This document shows, one piece after another, positions 18,061-27,135 of a stretch of DNA of 64,000 nucleotides (position 1 is its first letter; the number at the start of each line of letters is the position of its first letter). Source of the stretch: an uncultured Thermodesulfobacteriota bacterium (GTDB lineage Bacteria; Desulfobacterota; Zymogenia; Zymogenales; Zymogenaceae). The notes below the pieces were generated by a model. The model was not told the DNA's origin. It was given only the letters and a program-made list of their open reading frames with translations, and did no database searches. Position numbers and translations under genes: made by a program. The DNA is taken from NCBI GenBank assembly GCA_964542895.1, contig CAZIWT010000003.1, positions 4,733-68,732 of the forward strand, given 5' to 3'.

Positions 18061-18810
18061 ATGATTAAGATCGAAAATCTCAACAAGTCCTTCGGGGAAG
18101 AAAAGGTGCTTACGGACATAGACCTGACAATCCCCGAGGGAAAGATAACCGTCATACTGGGAAGAAGCGGCGCTGGAAAATCGGTTCTCTTAAAACATAT
18201 CATAGGCCTTATAAAACCGGACAGCGGAAAGATATACGTCGACGGTCGGGAAATCACGGGCCTCAGCGAAAAGGAGCTTAACGAGACAAGGGAGCACTTC
18301 GGAATGCTTTTCCAGGGGGGCGGCCTCTTCGACTCGATCACCGTATGGGAAAACGTGGCCTTCCCCCTGACGGAGCGGGGAAACGTCCCCAGAGAGGAAA
18401 TAGAAAAGGCGGTGAAGAGGCGAATCTCACAGGTCGGCCTTAAAGGAATGGAGAACAAGCTTCCGTCGCAGCTGTCGGGGGGCATGAAGAATCGGGTCGG
18501 CCTTGCCCGGGCCCTTGTCACGAATCCCGATATAGTTCTCTTCGACGAGCCCACCGCCGGACTTGACCCGATCACGGAAGAATCAATCTCCAAGCTGATA
18601 GTACAATCACACAAAAAACATAAAAGCACATATGTTATTATCAGCCACGATATAGAGATGACCCTAAGGGTGGCGGACAAGATCGCCCTCCTTTACGGAG
18701 GCAAGATCATAGCGGAGGGAACCTCGGACGATCTAAAGAAGTCGAAAGACTCCTTCGTCTCAAAATTCATTAACGGGAAGCTCGAAGACCTCGACATGGA
18801 GCACCGCTGA
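18061..18810 (+). CDS. mlaF: ABC transporter ATP-binding protein MlaF
   Basis: Walker A GRSGAGKS, the ABC signature [15 protein letters not shown], and Walker [11 protein letters not shown]. Confidence 0.85.
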   Translation: MIKIENLNKSFGEEKVLTDIDLTIPEGKITVILGRSGAGKSVLLKHIIGLIKPDSGKIYVDGREITGLSEKELNETREHFGMLFQGGGLFDSITVWENVAFPLTERGNVPREEIEKAVKRRISQVGLKGMENKLPSQLSGGMKNRVGLARALVTNPDIVLFDEPTAGLDPITEESISKLIVQSHKKHKSTYVIISHDIEMTLRVADKIALLYGGKIIAEGTSDDLKKSKDSFVSKFINGKLEDLDMEHR

Positions 18811-18845
18811 CGAAGCGGGGGCCGGGAATTTAGGGGAGGCTTCTG

Positions 18846-18882
18846 TGCGCTGGGTGGCACTGACAAGCTCCGGCTTGTCAGT
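18846..18882. repeat. palindromic approximately 40-bp repeat element (CTGGGTGGCACTGACAAGCTCCGGCTTGTCAGTGG); possible terminator hairpin after mlaF
   Basis: Perfect 11-bp stem CACTGACAAGC/GCTTGTCAGTG with a 4-nt loop, nested inside an outer GGGAGGC/GCCTCCC stem. A near-identical copy sits in inverse orientation at 38796-38832. Confidence 0.6.
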
Positions 18883-19104
18883 GGGGGGTTCAGCCTCCCT
18901 TTAAGTTGCATAGACACCTCGATGGAAATGACAGCATATATAAAAATTGAGACGGGAGTGACGGTGCAGATTCCCGGCCGGGCCGACAACGACAACATTG
19001 TTTCCCGGCGGTTACGGGGACTGCGGGGAAGTCGCCCCCTTTGGAGGGAACAGTGAAAAATAGTAAGGATACTTCTATAATGTTTAATAGGAGGAAAAAT
19101 TACT

Positions 19105-19938
19105 GTGGACGATAGATACACGGAGATCAAGGTAGGTATTTTTGTCATCGTGGGCATCGCTATCCTGACCATCATCACCCTTTTTGTCGGCGAATACAAG
19201 TTCAAGGTAAGAAAGGGCTACGCCCTCAACGCCGAGTTCAAAAACGTTGCGGGCCTCGACATCAACGGGCCGGTGAGGCTCGCGGGGGTCGAGGTGGGAG
19301 ACGTATCTGATATAGGGTTGGCACCGGACGGCAGAAAGGCGAAGATAACGATGGACATCGATCCCGATGTGGAGATATACAGGGACGCCAAGGTGGAGCT
19401 GAAGAGTTACGGGGCCCTCGGGGAGAAGTTCGTCATGATCTACCCGGGAAATCCCGAGGCCGGAAGGCTCGAATCGGGCGAAACGATAACCAATGTCATA
19501 CCGGAGGTCGATTTCAACGACGTTATGAGAAACGTTCAGGAGATATCGGACGACATCAAGAATATGTCAGGAAACTTGAGCGACGTCCTCGGCTCCGATG
19601 AGTCAAAAAAGGACCTTAAAGAAATAATCGCAAACATAAAAACCTCCACCGAAAACCTGTCAAACATCACCGCCAAGTTGAACAGTGGAACGGGAACCAT
19701 CGGAAAGCTGATGAACGACGACACTATTTACAACGACTTTAAAAAATCCACAAAGGCGCTCAGGGACATCGCCGAAAAGATGGAAAAGGGGGAGGGAACC
19801 CTTGGACGTCTCGCCCAAGACGAGACCCTCTACATAGAGGCGGAAAACGCCATGCGTGAGTTCAGAAAATCTGCGGAGGGGATTCAGGAGCAAACCCCCA
19901 TCTCGGTCATGGCGACAATATTCGGGCTTATCTTCTAA
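19105..19938 (+). CDS. mlaD: MCE-domain protein MlaD
   Basis: N-terminal TM (IKVGIFVIVGIAILTIITLFV) followed by an MCE domain (NAEFKNVAGLDINGPVRLAGVEVG). GTG start at 19105 with AGGAGG 10 nt upstream. Confidence 0.75.
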   Translation: MDDRYTEIKVGIFVIVGIAILTIITLFVGEYKFKVRKGYALNAEFKNVAGLDINGPVRLAGVEVGDVSDIGLAPDGRKAKITMDIDPDVEIYRDAKVELKSYGALGEKFVMIYPGNPEAGRLESGETITNVIPEVDFNDVMRNVQEISDDIKNMSGNLSDVLGSDESKKDLKEIIANIKTSTENLSNITAKLNSGTGTIGKLMNDDTIYNDFKKSTKALRDIAEKMEKGEGTLGRLAQDETLYIEAENAMREFRKSAEGIQEQTPISVMATIFGLIF

Positions 19939-20277
19939 TTCAGTGAGGATTCAAATTTCGCGTTTTCGGTTCTCTCGGGCAGATCGCGGCTTTTTGGGGG
20001 TGATCCCTTTATCCGCTGTTTTTCTCGATCTCCCTTTTATCTGATCTCTGATATTTTGCGGGTACCCTTCCAACATTGCCACACCCCCCTCTTTGGCCAC
20101 GAAGATTATCCCCGTAGCTCCCATTGACCGGATTGCCCTGTCGGTCTCGTTGGTCCTGTTTGCCCGTTTGCCGTTCGTCGTTTGCCGTTTGATATTAAAT
20201 CCGTTCACGTCGTTTTTAACCTATTATATTAAGCCGATGATATTGACTATATTAAGTATTTGAGTTAAACTTGAACG

Positions 20278-21780
20278 ATGGCGAAAAAAAATAAAAATGC
20301 CCTTTCAATAGAAATCATTAAGAGGGTCTTCCCGGAAGCGGCCTTGATCATCACCCTACTCCTCTTCCCGATATCCGCCCCGGGCCAAGGCGCGGGAGAC
20401 ACGCCGGATAATCGAGCCGCGTCCCGCCTCCCCAAAACAGATATAATAGTCGCCCAAGGCGATGCGCCGGTGGAGGGAGCCGCAGTAAGCCCGGGCAATA
20501 ACACGGATCCGAATGCCGAGGTCGAGGGAGGTCACGTTAACGTCTGGCCCTTCTTCTACTACAACGACGACAGGGAGGAGGGCTCCCTCACGGTGTCGGT
20601 AATCACCCCCCTCTTCTATTACCGCAAGACGGACGCGGGCACGAAGGAGTTCGGATTCAGGCCCCTCTTCTACTACCATAGAGACGACAACAAAGACACC
20701 ACGGTGGTGGACTTTATCTACCCCATCGGGAAATACAAGCAGCGGGGAGAGGACAAGAACTTCAGGATATTTCCGATCATAAGAGACGCAAAACACGACC
20801 TGGCCGACGACAAGGAAAGGATCGCCCACGATTACTTCCCCCTCTTCTGGGGACGTTCCGAGGGGGGCGAGCCTTACGGCGGGCTGTTTCCCTTTTACGG
20901 GACGATAAAGGACAGGTTCGGCAGGGACGACATGCTCTTTGTCATGTGGCCCCTCTACTACAGGACCGTGGAGGAGGGCTTTACGTCGAACAATTACCTC
21001 TGGCCCCTCGTCAGGATAACCGAGGGGGACGGAGGCTGGGGGGCGAGGTTCTTCCCCCTATGGGGACACGAGGAGATAACCGGCGTGGAGTACTCCACCT
21101 ATTACATGCTGCCGCTGGTCTCATTCCGGGGCAGATACCTCGACACGAAAAATCCCCTGATGGACACCACCATAATCCCGTTTTACAGCTCCCAGCGGAC
21201 GCCCCACTCCAAGACCACGACGATTATCTGGCCCCTCTTTACCTATGCCTACGACACAAACTTCAACTACAAAAAATACGATCTCCCCTGGCCGTTTCTC
21301 AGGATAGCCAGATCGGACGTCTTCAACATCACCGAGTTCTCCCCGATCTTCAAATACCAGATGAGGACCGAGGGCGATAAAACCGAAATGTCGAGGTACA
21401 TGATGTATCCCGTCTTCAAAGATATACACTTCAAATCCCCGACGAAGACGATGGACACATACCGCTTCATGCTGATAAACAAGCATATCACGACCGAATA
21501 CACCGAAGGGGAAGATGAGCTGTGGATCTACCTCTTCCCCTTCTACAACAGGAGGAGTTACAAGTCGGGACTGGAAAGCAGCACCGCCCTGTATCCCCTG
21601 CCCCTCTACGACGACAGCTTCAAGCGGAACTACCTCCCCCTCTTCGAGTTCTACAACATGGACCTCGACGACGAGGGCGTCAAGACCATCAGGGTCATGC
21701 ACCACCTTTACATAAAGAAGATAGAGGACGACTGGGAATATATCGACGCCCCCTTCTATCACAAAAAGAGGGCCAGGTAG
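20278..21780 (+). CDS. secreted aromatic-rich repeat protein (recurrent PLFYY / WPLY / FPLW units), unknown function
   Basis: 500 aa. Signal-peptide-like N-terminus. About 10 degenerate repeats of 35-45 aa, each containing F/Y/W-P-L-[FWY] motifs. The stop overlaps the ATG of the next gene. Confidence 0.55.
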   Translation: MAKKNKNALSIEIIKRVFPEAALIITLLLFPISAPGQGAGDTPDNRAASRLPKTDIIVAQGDAPVEGAAVSPGNNTDPNAEVEGGHVNVWPFFYYNDDREEGSLTVSVITPLFYYRKTDAGTKEFGFRPLFYYHRDDNKDTTVVDFIYPIGKYKQRGEDKNFRIFPIIRDAKHDLADDKERIAHDYFPLFWGRSEGGEPYGGLFPFYGTIKDRFGRDDMLFVMWPLYYRTVEEGFTSNNYLWPLVRITEGDGGWGARFFPLWGHEEITGVEYSTYYMLPLVSFRGRYLDTKNPLMDTTIIPFYSSQRTPHSKTTTIIWPLFTYAYDTNFNYKKYDLPWPFLRIARSDVFNITEFSPIFKYQMRTEGDKTEMSRYMMYPVFKDIHFKSPTKTMDTYRFMLINKHITTEYTEGEDELWIYLFPFYNRRSYKSGLESSTALYPLPLYDDSFKRNYLPLFEFYNMDLDDEGVKTIRVMHHLYIKKIEDDWEYIDAPFYHKKRAR

Positions 21781-23445
21781 ATGGGAAAGGTGCGGATCGA
21801 TCTATTGCCGGAGGGAACATCTATAGAGGCGGATTCGTCAACCCCCCTGATCGACCTGTTGAAGGAGAGTGGGGTTCTGCTCAACCTCCCCTGCGGCGGC
21901 GAGGGAAGGTGCGGTAAATGCATCGTCAAGGTCGCCCCCAGAGGCGCCCCCGGAGGTCTCCCGGACGATATGGCCCCCGGAGAGGACGAGAGGCGCTTTC
22001 TCTCGGAAAAATCCTTGAAATCGGGTCTCAGACTCGCCTGCCGAATCAACGTCACCGCGGATATCGAGGTCACGATCCCCCAATCCTCCCGCCTTGCCGG
22101 GGCGGGCCGCGCCTGGGAGGGAATGGACATAGTCGGAAGCGGCGAAGGGCCGGGGGCCGGCGGGCTCTATCTGGCGGTGGACGTGGGAACCACCAGCATC
22201 GCCGCGGCCGTCGTTGAGGGGAAGGACGAGGCCTTCGATACGGCGGGAGGGATAATCGCCCACGCCTCGGCGCTGAATCCCCAGATAACCTTCGGGGCGG
22301 ACGTTATATCGAGGATAAACGCCGTTTCCAAGGACGGCGAGAACCTCGGCGGGCAGCAAGAGCTGGTGCTTAACGCCGTGAACGGGCTGATCGATAAGCT
22401 CACGGGACAGCTCGGCATCGAGCCCGCCGATATAGAGGGGGCGGCGTTTGCCGGAAACCCGACGATGGAGCACCTCCTTCTGGGGATAGATCCTATCTCC
22501 ATCGCCCGCGCCCCGTTCGCCCCCGCCTTCACCGGGGCGGTCAGGAGGAGCGCTGTGGAGCTCGGCCTCAACATCGACCCTAACGGCGAGGCGTACGTCT
22601 TTCCGGTCATCTCAGGTTATGTGGGGGGCGACACGCTCGCCTTCGTCTGGTCTTCGAGGATCCACGAGTCCCAGGATATAATCCTCGGGATAGACATCGG
22701 CACCAACGGGGAGATAGTGTTGGGAAACAAAGAGAGGCTCCTTGCCTGCTCGGCGGCGGCCGGCCCCGCCTTCGAGGGCTCCCAGATAAGGGACGGGATG
22801 AGGGCGGACTTCGGGGCTATCGAGGGGGTTGTGATTAAAGGTGACGAGATCGAGCTTAAGATCAAGGGCAACAATGATGGTAGCAAAGACAGTGGCCCAA
22901 AAGTTATCGGTATTTGCGGCTCCGGGATATTTGACGCGGTGGATCAGCTGATCAAGGCGAATGTCGTGGAAGTAAGCGGCCGCATCACGAAAAAGGTGGA
23001 TTCCCAAAGGCTCACGGAGAGGATAAGAAAGAACGGCCCGGTCACCGAGTTCGTCCTGCACGAAGACGGCAGTTCAATAGGGATAACCCAAAAGGACATC
23101 AGGGAGGTGCAACTCGCTAAGGGGGCGATGAGGAGCGGCGCCGAGATCCTCCTTGCCGAGATAGGAATAGGCTGGGGGGATATCAAGACGGTCCTGATCG
23201 CCGGGGCGTTCGGAAACTTCCTAAAGCCGGAGAGCATCGTCGGGGTGGGGCTTTTGCCGAAACAGGTAGGAGACAAGATAAGGTTCGTCGGGGACGCGGC
23301 CCTGACCGGAGCGGTCGAGGCGGTCGTCGACCCCGCCGCCAGGGAGGGGATCGAGCGGCTTGCAAAGTCGATCGACTACATAGAGCTCTCCTCCGACAAG
23401 CGGTTCAACGACATCTTTATAGAGAGGCTCTCCTTCTCTGATTAG
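21781..23445 (+). CDS. [2Fe-2S] ferredoxin-domain / ASKHA (DUF4445) protein, RACo-like (reductive activator of corrinoid proteins family)
   Basis: The N-terminal plant-type ferredoxin motif CGGEGRCGKC...C is followed by a large ASKHA-fold region with glycine-rich phosphate loops (DVGTTSIAAAV, DIGTNGEIVLG, GSGIFDAVD). This is the domain architecture of RACo/AcsV-like ATP-dependent reductases. Confidence 0.65.
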   Translation: MGKVRIDLLPEGTSIEADSSTPLIDLLKESGVLLNLPCGGEGRCGKCIVKVAPRGAPGGLPDDMAPGEDERRFLSEKSLKSGLRLACRINVTADIEVTIPQSSRLAGAGRAWEGMDIVGSGEGPGAGGLYLAVDVGTTSIAAAVVEGKDEAFDTAGGIIAHASALNPQITFGADVISRINAVSKDGENLGGQQELVLNAVNGLIDKLTGQLGIEPADIEGAAFAGNPTMEHLLLGIDPISIARAPFAPAFTGAVRRSAVELGLNIDPNGEAYVFPVISGYVGGDTLAFVWSSRIHESQDIILGIDIGTNGEIVLGNKERLLACSAAAGPAFEGSQIRDGMRADFGAIEGVVIKGDEIELKIKGNNDGSKDSGPKVIGICGSGIFDAVDQLIKANVVEVSGRITKKVDSQRLTERIRKNGPVTEFVLHEDGSSIGITQKDIREVQLAKGAMRSGAEILLAEIGIGWGDIKTVLIAGAFGNFLKPESIVGVGLLPKQVGDKIRFVGDAALTGAVEAVVDPAAREGIERLAKSIDYIELSSDKRFNDIFIERLSFSD

Positions 23446-23541
23446 ATATTTCCGGTTGATTGTATCGGGTAAGCCTTTGAGATTTAAATATTTTCGATCG
23501 ATTTATGTTATATTCCAAGAACCAAACTATAGAGGAATAAT

Positions 23542-25476
23542 ATGAATAACGACAAGGGCGAAAGGAGCAAGCTCGACCTCATATTCGAGGAGCTGAAGGC
23601 GATAAGGGGGGAGATAACCAAGATAGACGCCAGGGTCAACTCCCTGGAGGGAAAGCCGGCCCCGGAAGTAAAGCCGGAGGAGGCGCGGCCGGAGACACCG
23701 CTTACCACTTCACCCGCGGAGCCGGAGAAGAGGATGCCGCCGCCGGAGATCAAGACGCCTAAGAGAAAGGGGGCGGAAAAGGCGGAGCGGGGCTCCCTCG
23801 AGGCGAAGATCGGGGGCAGATGGCTGAACCGGATCGGGGTGGTGGCCGTTGTCATCGGAATGGCGTTTTTCGTCAAGTACGCCTTCGACAACGACTGGAT
23901 AGGGGAAACGGGAAGAATAATCCTCGGGATCGTCGTGGGGCTCGCCCTCATAGGGTGGGGGGAGTTTTTGAGAAAGAAATACCGCCTCTACTCCCAAGGG
24001 GTCGTTGGGGGCGGCGTCGCCATCCTGTACGTATCGATATTCGCCGCGGCCGGCTACTATACGATCATCTCTCTCACCGTCGCCTCGCTTCTGATCGTCC
24101 TGATAACGATTTTTTCCATAGTGCTGTCGGTCAGGTACGACGCCTCCTCTATCGCCGTTCTCGGATTCATAGGGGGCTTTCTGAACCCCCTCATCCTCCA
24201 CCACGGCGACCTGAAGCAGCTCGAAACCCTCGTCTATCTGGCCTTCCTGGACCTGGGCATCCTGGTGTTGGCCTATTTCAAGAACTGGAAGTACCTGAAC
24301 TTCTTCGCCTTCATCGCCACCATAATCATCTTCGGCATCTGGGCCGGGCAGAGCTATAACCCGAAAACCGATGTGGAGTCGACCCAGTTCTTTCTGACGG
24401 TCTTCTTTCTGATCTTCGCATCCCTCGCCTTTTTCTACAACATAGTACACCGCACAAAGACGACCTTCTTCGACCTCGGCCTGGTATTGGCCACCGCCTT
24501 TACCTTCTTCGGAACGAGCTACTTCAACCTCAAGGAGCACTACAAAGACCTCATGGGGCTCTTTGCGGGATTCATGGGCGTCGTCTACTTCGGCATGGGA
24601 CTTTTGACCCACTGGCGAAACTACGGGGACAGGCGGCTCATCCTGACGTTTCTCTCCGCGGCGCTGACTTTTCTGGTCTTGATGATCCCGATACAGCTCG
24701 ACAAGAACTGGATAACGATCGGCTGGGCGGTGGAGGCCGCGGCCCTGACGTGGATCGGGATCAGGCTGAACAGCCTCGGTATGAGGATTGCGGGGGTAGG
24801 TCTTCTCGCCTTTACCGTCGGAAGGCTTTTCATCTTCGACTTTCCAGGAATTAATATCGGGGACCCCTCCTTCTACCCGTTTGCAAACGACAGGTTCTTC
24901 ACGGCGCTTTTCGTCTCAATCCTCCTCTTCTTCGTCGCACTGATATATCAACAAGCTTCAAAGACGCAACAAACTTCAAAGACGCAAACCTCAAAAACGT
25001 CAACTGGAATCGATCCGGGCGAGAGGAAGGTCATGGAGATAATCCTCTTTATCGCCGCGAACATACTCTTGCTAATCACCCTCTCGGTGGAGTCCTACGA
25101 CCTCTTCGAGAGCAGGATAATTGCGATGGGACCGTGGCCGGTCGAGCATGACCCCGCGTACGCGGACAGGCTTACAGCCCTCCAGTACGCCCAGCGGCTC
25201 TCCCTCTCCGGGATATGGGCCGTCTACTCGATCGTCCTCGTTATTCTGGGCTTCATCAGAAAACACACCCCGTCGAGGATATTCGCCATTGCGCTCTTCG
25301 GCATCACGATCTTCAAGGTCTTCATAATAGACCTCTCGGGACTGGAGCAGGTCTATCGCATCGTCTCCTTCATAGGCCTGGGGGTGATACTGCTTTCGGT
25401 CTCGTTTCTCTACACCCGCTACAAGGACAAGATCATCGAGGCCGTGGTGGGCGACGGGACGGAAGACGGGGAGTAA
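23542..25476 (+). CDS. DUF2339 family polytopic membrane protein
   Basis: 644 aa. N-terminal coiled-coil / Pro-Glu-Lys-rich linker, then more than 14 TM helices. Matches DUF2339 as remembered (IGGRWLNRIGVVAVVIGMAFF). GAGGA RBS. Confidence 0.6.
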   Translation: MNNDKGERSKLDLIFEELKAIRGEITKIDARVNSLEGKPAPEVKPEEARPETPLTTSPAEPEKRMPPPEIKTPKRKGAEKAERGSLEAKIGGRWLNRIGVVAVVIGMAFFVKYAFDNDWIGETGRIILGIVVGLALIGWGEFLRKKYRLYSQGVVGGGVAILYVSIFAAAGYYTIISLTVASLLIVLITIFSIVLSVRYDASSIAVLGFIGGFLNPLILHHGDLKQLETLVYLAFLDLGILVLAYFKNWKYLNFFAFIATIIIFGIWAGQSYNPKTDVESTQFFLTVFFLIFASLAFFYNIVHRTKTTFFDLGLVLATAFTFFGTSYFNLKEHYKDLMGLFAGFMGVVYFGMGLLTHWRNYGDRRLILTFLSAALTFLVLMIPIQLDKNWITIGWAVEAAALTWIGIRLNSLGMRIAGVGLLAFTVGRLFIFDFPGINIGDPSFYPFANDRFFTALFVSILLFFVALIYQQASKTQQTSKTQTSKTSTGIDPGERKVMEIILFIAANILLLITLSVESYDLFESRIIAMGPWPVEHDPAYADRLTALQYAQRLSLSGIWAVYSIVLVILGFIRKHTPSRIFAIALFGITIFKVFIIDLSGLEQVYRIVSFIGLGVILLSVSFLYTRYKDKIIEAVVGDGTEDGE

Positions 25477-25515
25477 TTGTAAATGCTGCAATTGGTGTAA
25501 TTGAGGGAAAACGAT

Positions 25516-26802
25516 ATGAGAAAGAACAGACTGTTAATAAATATCCTCCTGGTCTCCGTGGCTGTTGCGGTGCCGGCCCTCGCACCCGGCTTATCGAGCG
25601 GAGTCTCCCCCACCCACTTCGCCCTCAGGGCCCCGGTCCAGGGGGACAAGACCGGCTATGTCTTTTTCGACATAACGCCCGCGGTCTACAACGAGTCCAC
25701 CCGGGACCTCTCCGACATCAGGATTTACTCCACCGGCGGAAAGGAGATCCCCTATATCATCTGGAACAGGACGAGACACTGGAACTCCGAGGTGCTGAGC
25801 GCCGAGGTGCTGAACAGATCGCATATTACAAAAGAGAGCAGTACGTTCACGCTCGACCTCGGTGGGGAATACTTCAAGACGAACAGGCTGAGGATATTGA
25901 CGTCATCCATCGATTTCTCAAGGCGGGTGACGATCGAGGGCTCCCCGGACAACCGTAAATTCGTAACCATCAAGGAGAACGGATACATCTTCGACTTCAC
26001 CACGGAGCACGGGGCCTCCGGCACCGAGGTATCGTACCCTACGACGGACTACCGTTATCTCAAGGTAACGATCTGGAACGAGGGGGAAAGGCCTCTCGAA
26101 GACCTCGGCGGGGAGGTCTCCATCGTGGAAGAGACGAAGGGGGAGACAACGGCGCTGAAATCCGAGATAAAGAGGATTAAGCAGAACAAAGACGATATGA
26201 CGACGGAGATCGTAATAGACCTTAAGCACAAAAACATCCCGTCCGACACCTTGATCTTCGAGGTCGAAAACGAGAACTTCAGGCGCGATATCCATATCCT
26301 CGCAGGCAACGTAGACGATCCGAGCGAGTACGATGAAGTTTGGGACGACCACATCTACGGTATCAGAACAACGAGGTTCGCAAGGAAGAGACTGACCCTC
26401 GAATATTCGGAAGTCCAGGGTAGATACCTCAAACTGATCATCGAGAACAGGGACGACGCACCCCTTGAGATAAAAAGTATCGAGGTTAAGGGGACGCCCA
26501 AAAAGGTGACCTTCCTTGCAGAGCCGGGCGTCTCCTACTTCCTCTATCTTAACAGTCGCACGGCCAGCGCACCCTACTACGACATCGAGGATACCTTCTC
26601 CTACGTGGACCCGGAGTCGATCTCACGCCGCACACTGGGGAAGGTCGTCAAGAATCCGGACTATATCCCCACGACCGGCGATGTGCCCTTCTCGGAGAGG
26701 CACCCGTGGATACTGTGGGGGACGATAGTCTTTATGGTCCTGGTCTTGGGGGGAATAATTATCAGATTGATGGTGAATCTGTCAAGGGAGGGGGGCGGCT
26801 AG
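25516..26802 (+). CDS. DUF3999-like secreted protein with C-terminal TM anchor
   Basis: Signal peptide (MRKNRLLINILLVSVAVAVPALA), a beta-rich body and a C-terminal TM (WILWGTIVFMVLVLGGIII). GAGGGA RBS before the ATG at 25516. The gene pairs with DUF2339 immediately upstream. Confidence 0.5.
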   Translation: MRKNRLLINILLVSVAVAVPALAPGLSSGVSPTHFALRAPVQGDKTGYVFFDITPAVYNESTRDLSDIRIYSTGGKEIPYIIWNRTRHWNSEVLSAEVLNRSHITKESSTFTLDLGGEYFKTNRLRILTSSIDFSRRVTIEGSPDNRKFVTIKENGYIFDFTTEHGASGTEVSYPTTDYRYLKVTIWNEGERPLEDLGGEVSIVEETKGETTALKSEIKRIKQNKDDMTTEIVIDLKHKNIPSDTLIFEVENENFRRDIHILAGNVDDPSEYDEVWDDHIYGIRTTRFARKRLTLEYSEVQGRYLKLIIENRDDAPLEIKSIEVKGTPKKVTFLAEPGVSYFLYLNSRTASAPYYDIEDTFSYVDPESISRRTLGKVVKNPDYIPTTGDVPFSERHPWILWGTIVFMVLVLGGIIIRLMVNLSREGGG

Positions 26803-27068
26803 TAGTTTTGTTCGATTTCCCCCTTGATTTTATATTCTAAAACTGGTATAAGGACACCGATTTTAGGCCCCTTCGATCGACAGACATAGTCTTCGACCTT
26901 AAGCTTCGGGGGAACGGGGGGGATAAAGAGAACAATTAAGATGATATATTAGTAGATTAAAACGGAAAATGGGCATATAGATATCGGTATTTAAAACAAG
27001 GCCCAAACATCTAATTATTCAATATGCTTAATATTTACGGCACAATTTTCAAAACTGTTAAAAACCAA

Positions 27069-27094
27069 ATATGGAGAATTCTATTTCTCCATAT
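27069..27094. promoter_or_regulatory. perfect 10-bp inverted repeat ATATGGAGAA-N6-TTCTCCATAT upstream of purH (candidate operator)
   Basis: Read directly from the sequence. It lies 40 nt upstream of the purH GTG start, inside an AT-rich promoter region. Confidence 0.35.
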
Positions 27095-27135
27095 TGTTTC
27101 TGTTGAAACTGAATTGAGTACAGGAGGAAATTTTT

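Noticed and set aside
21838-23365. Multiple minus-strand ORFs (21838-22473, 22167-22610, 22612-23061, 22944-23276)
   Set aside because: Antisense shadows inside the RACo-like gene. Ala/Pro/Arg-rich, with no RBS.
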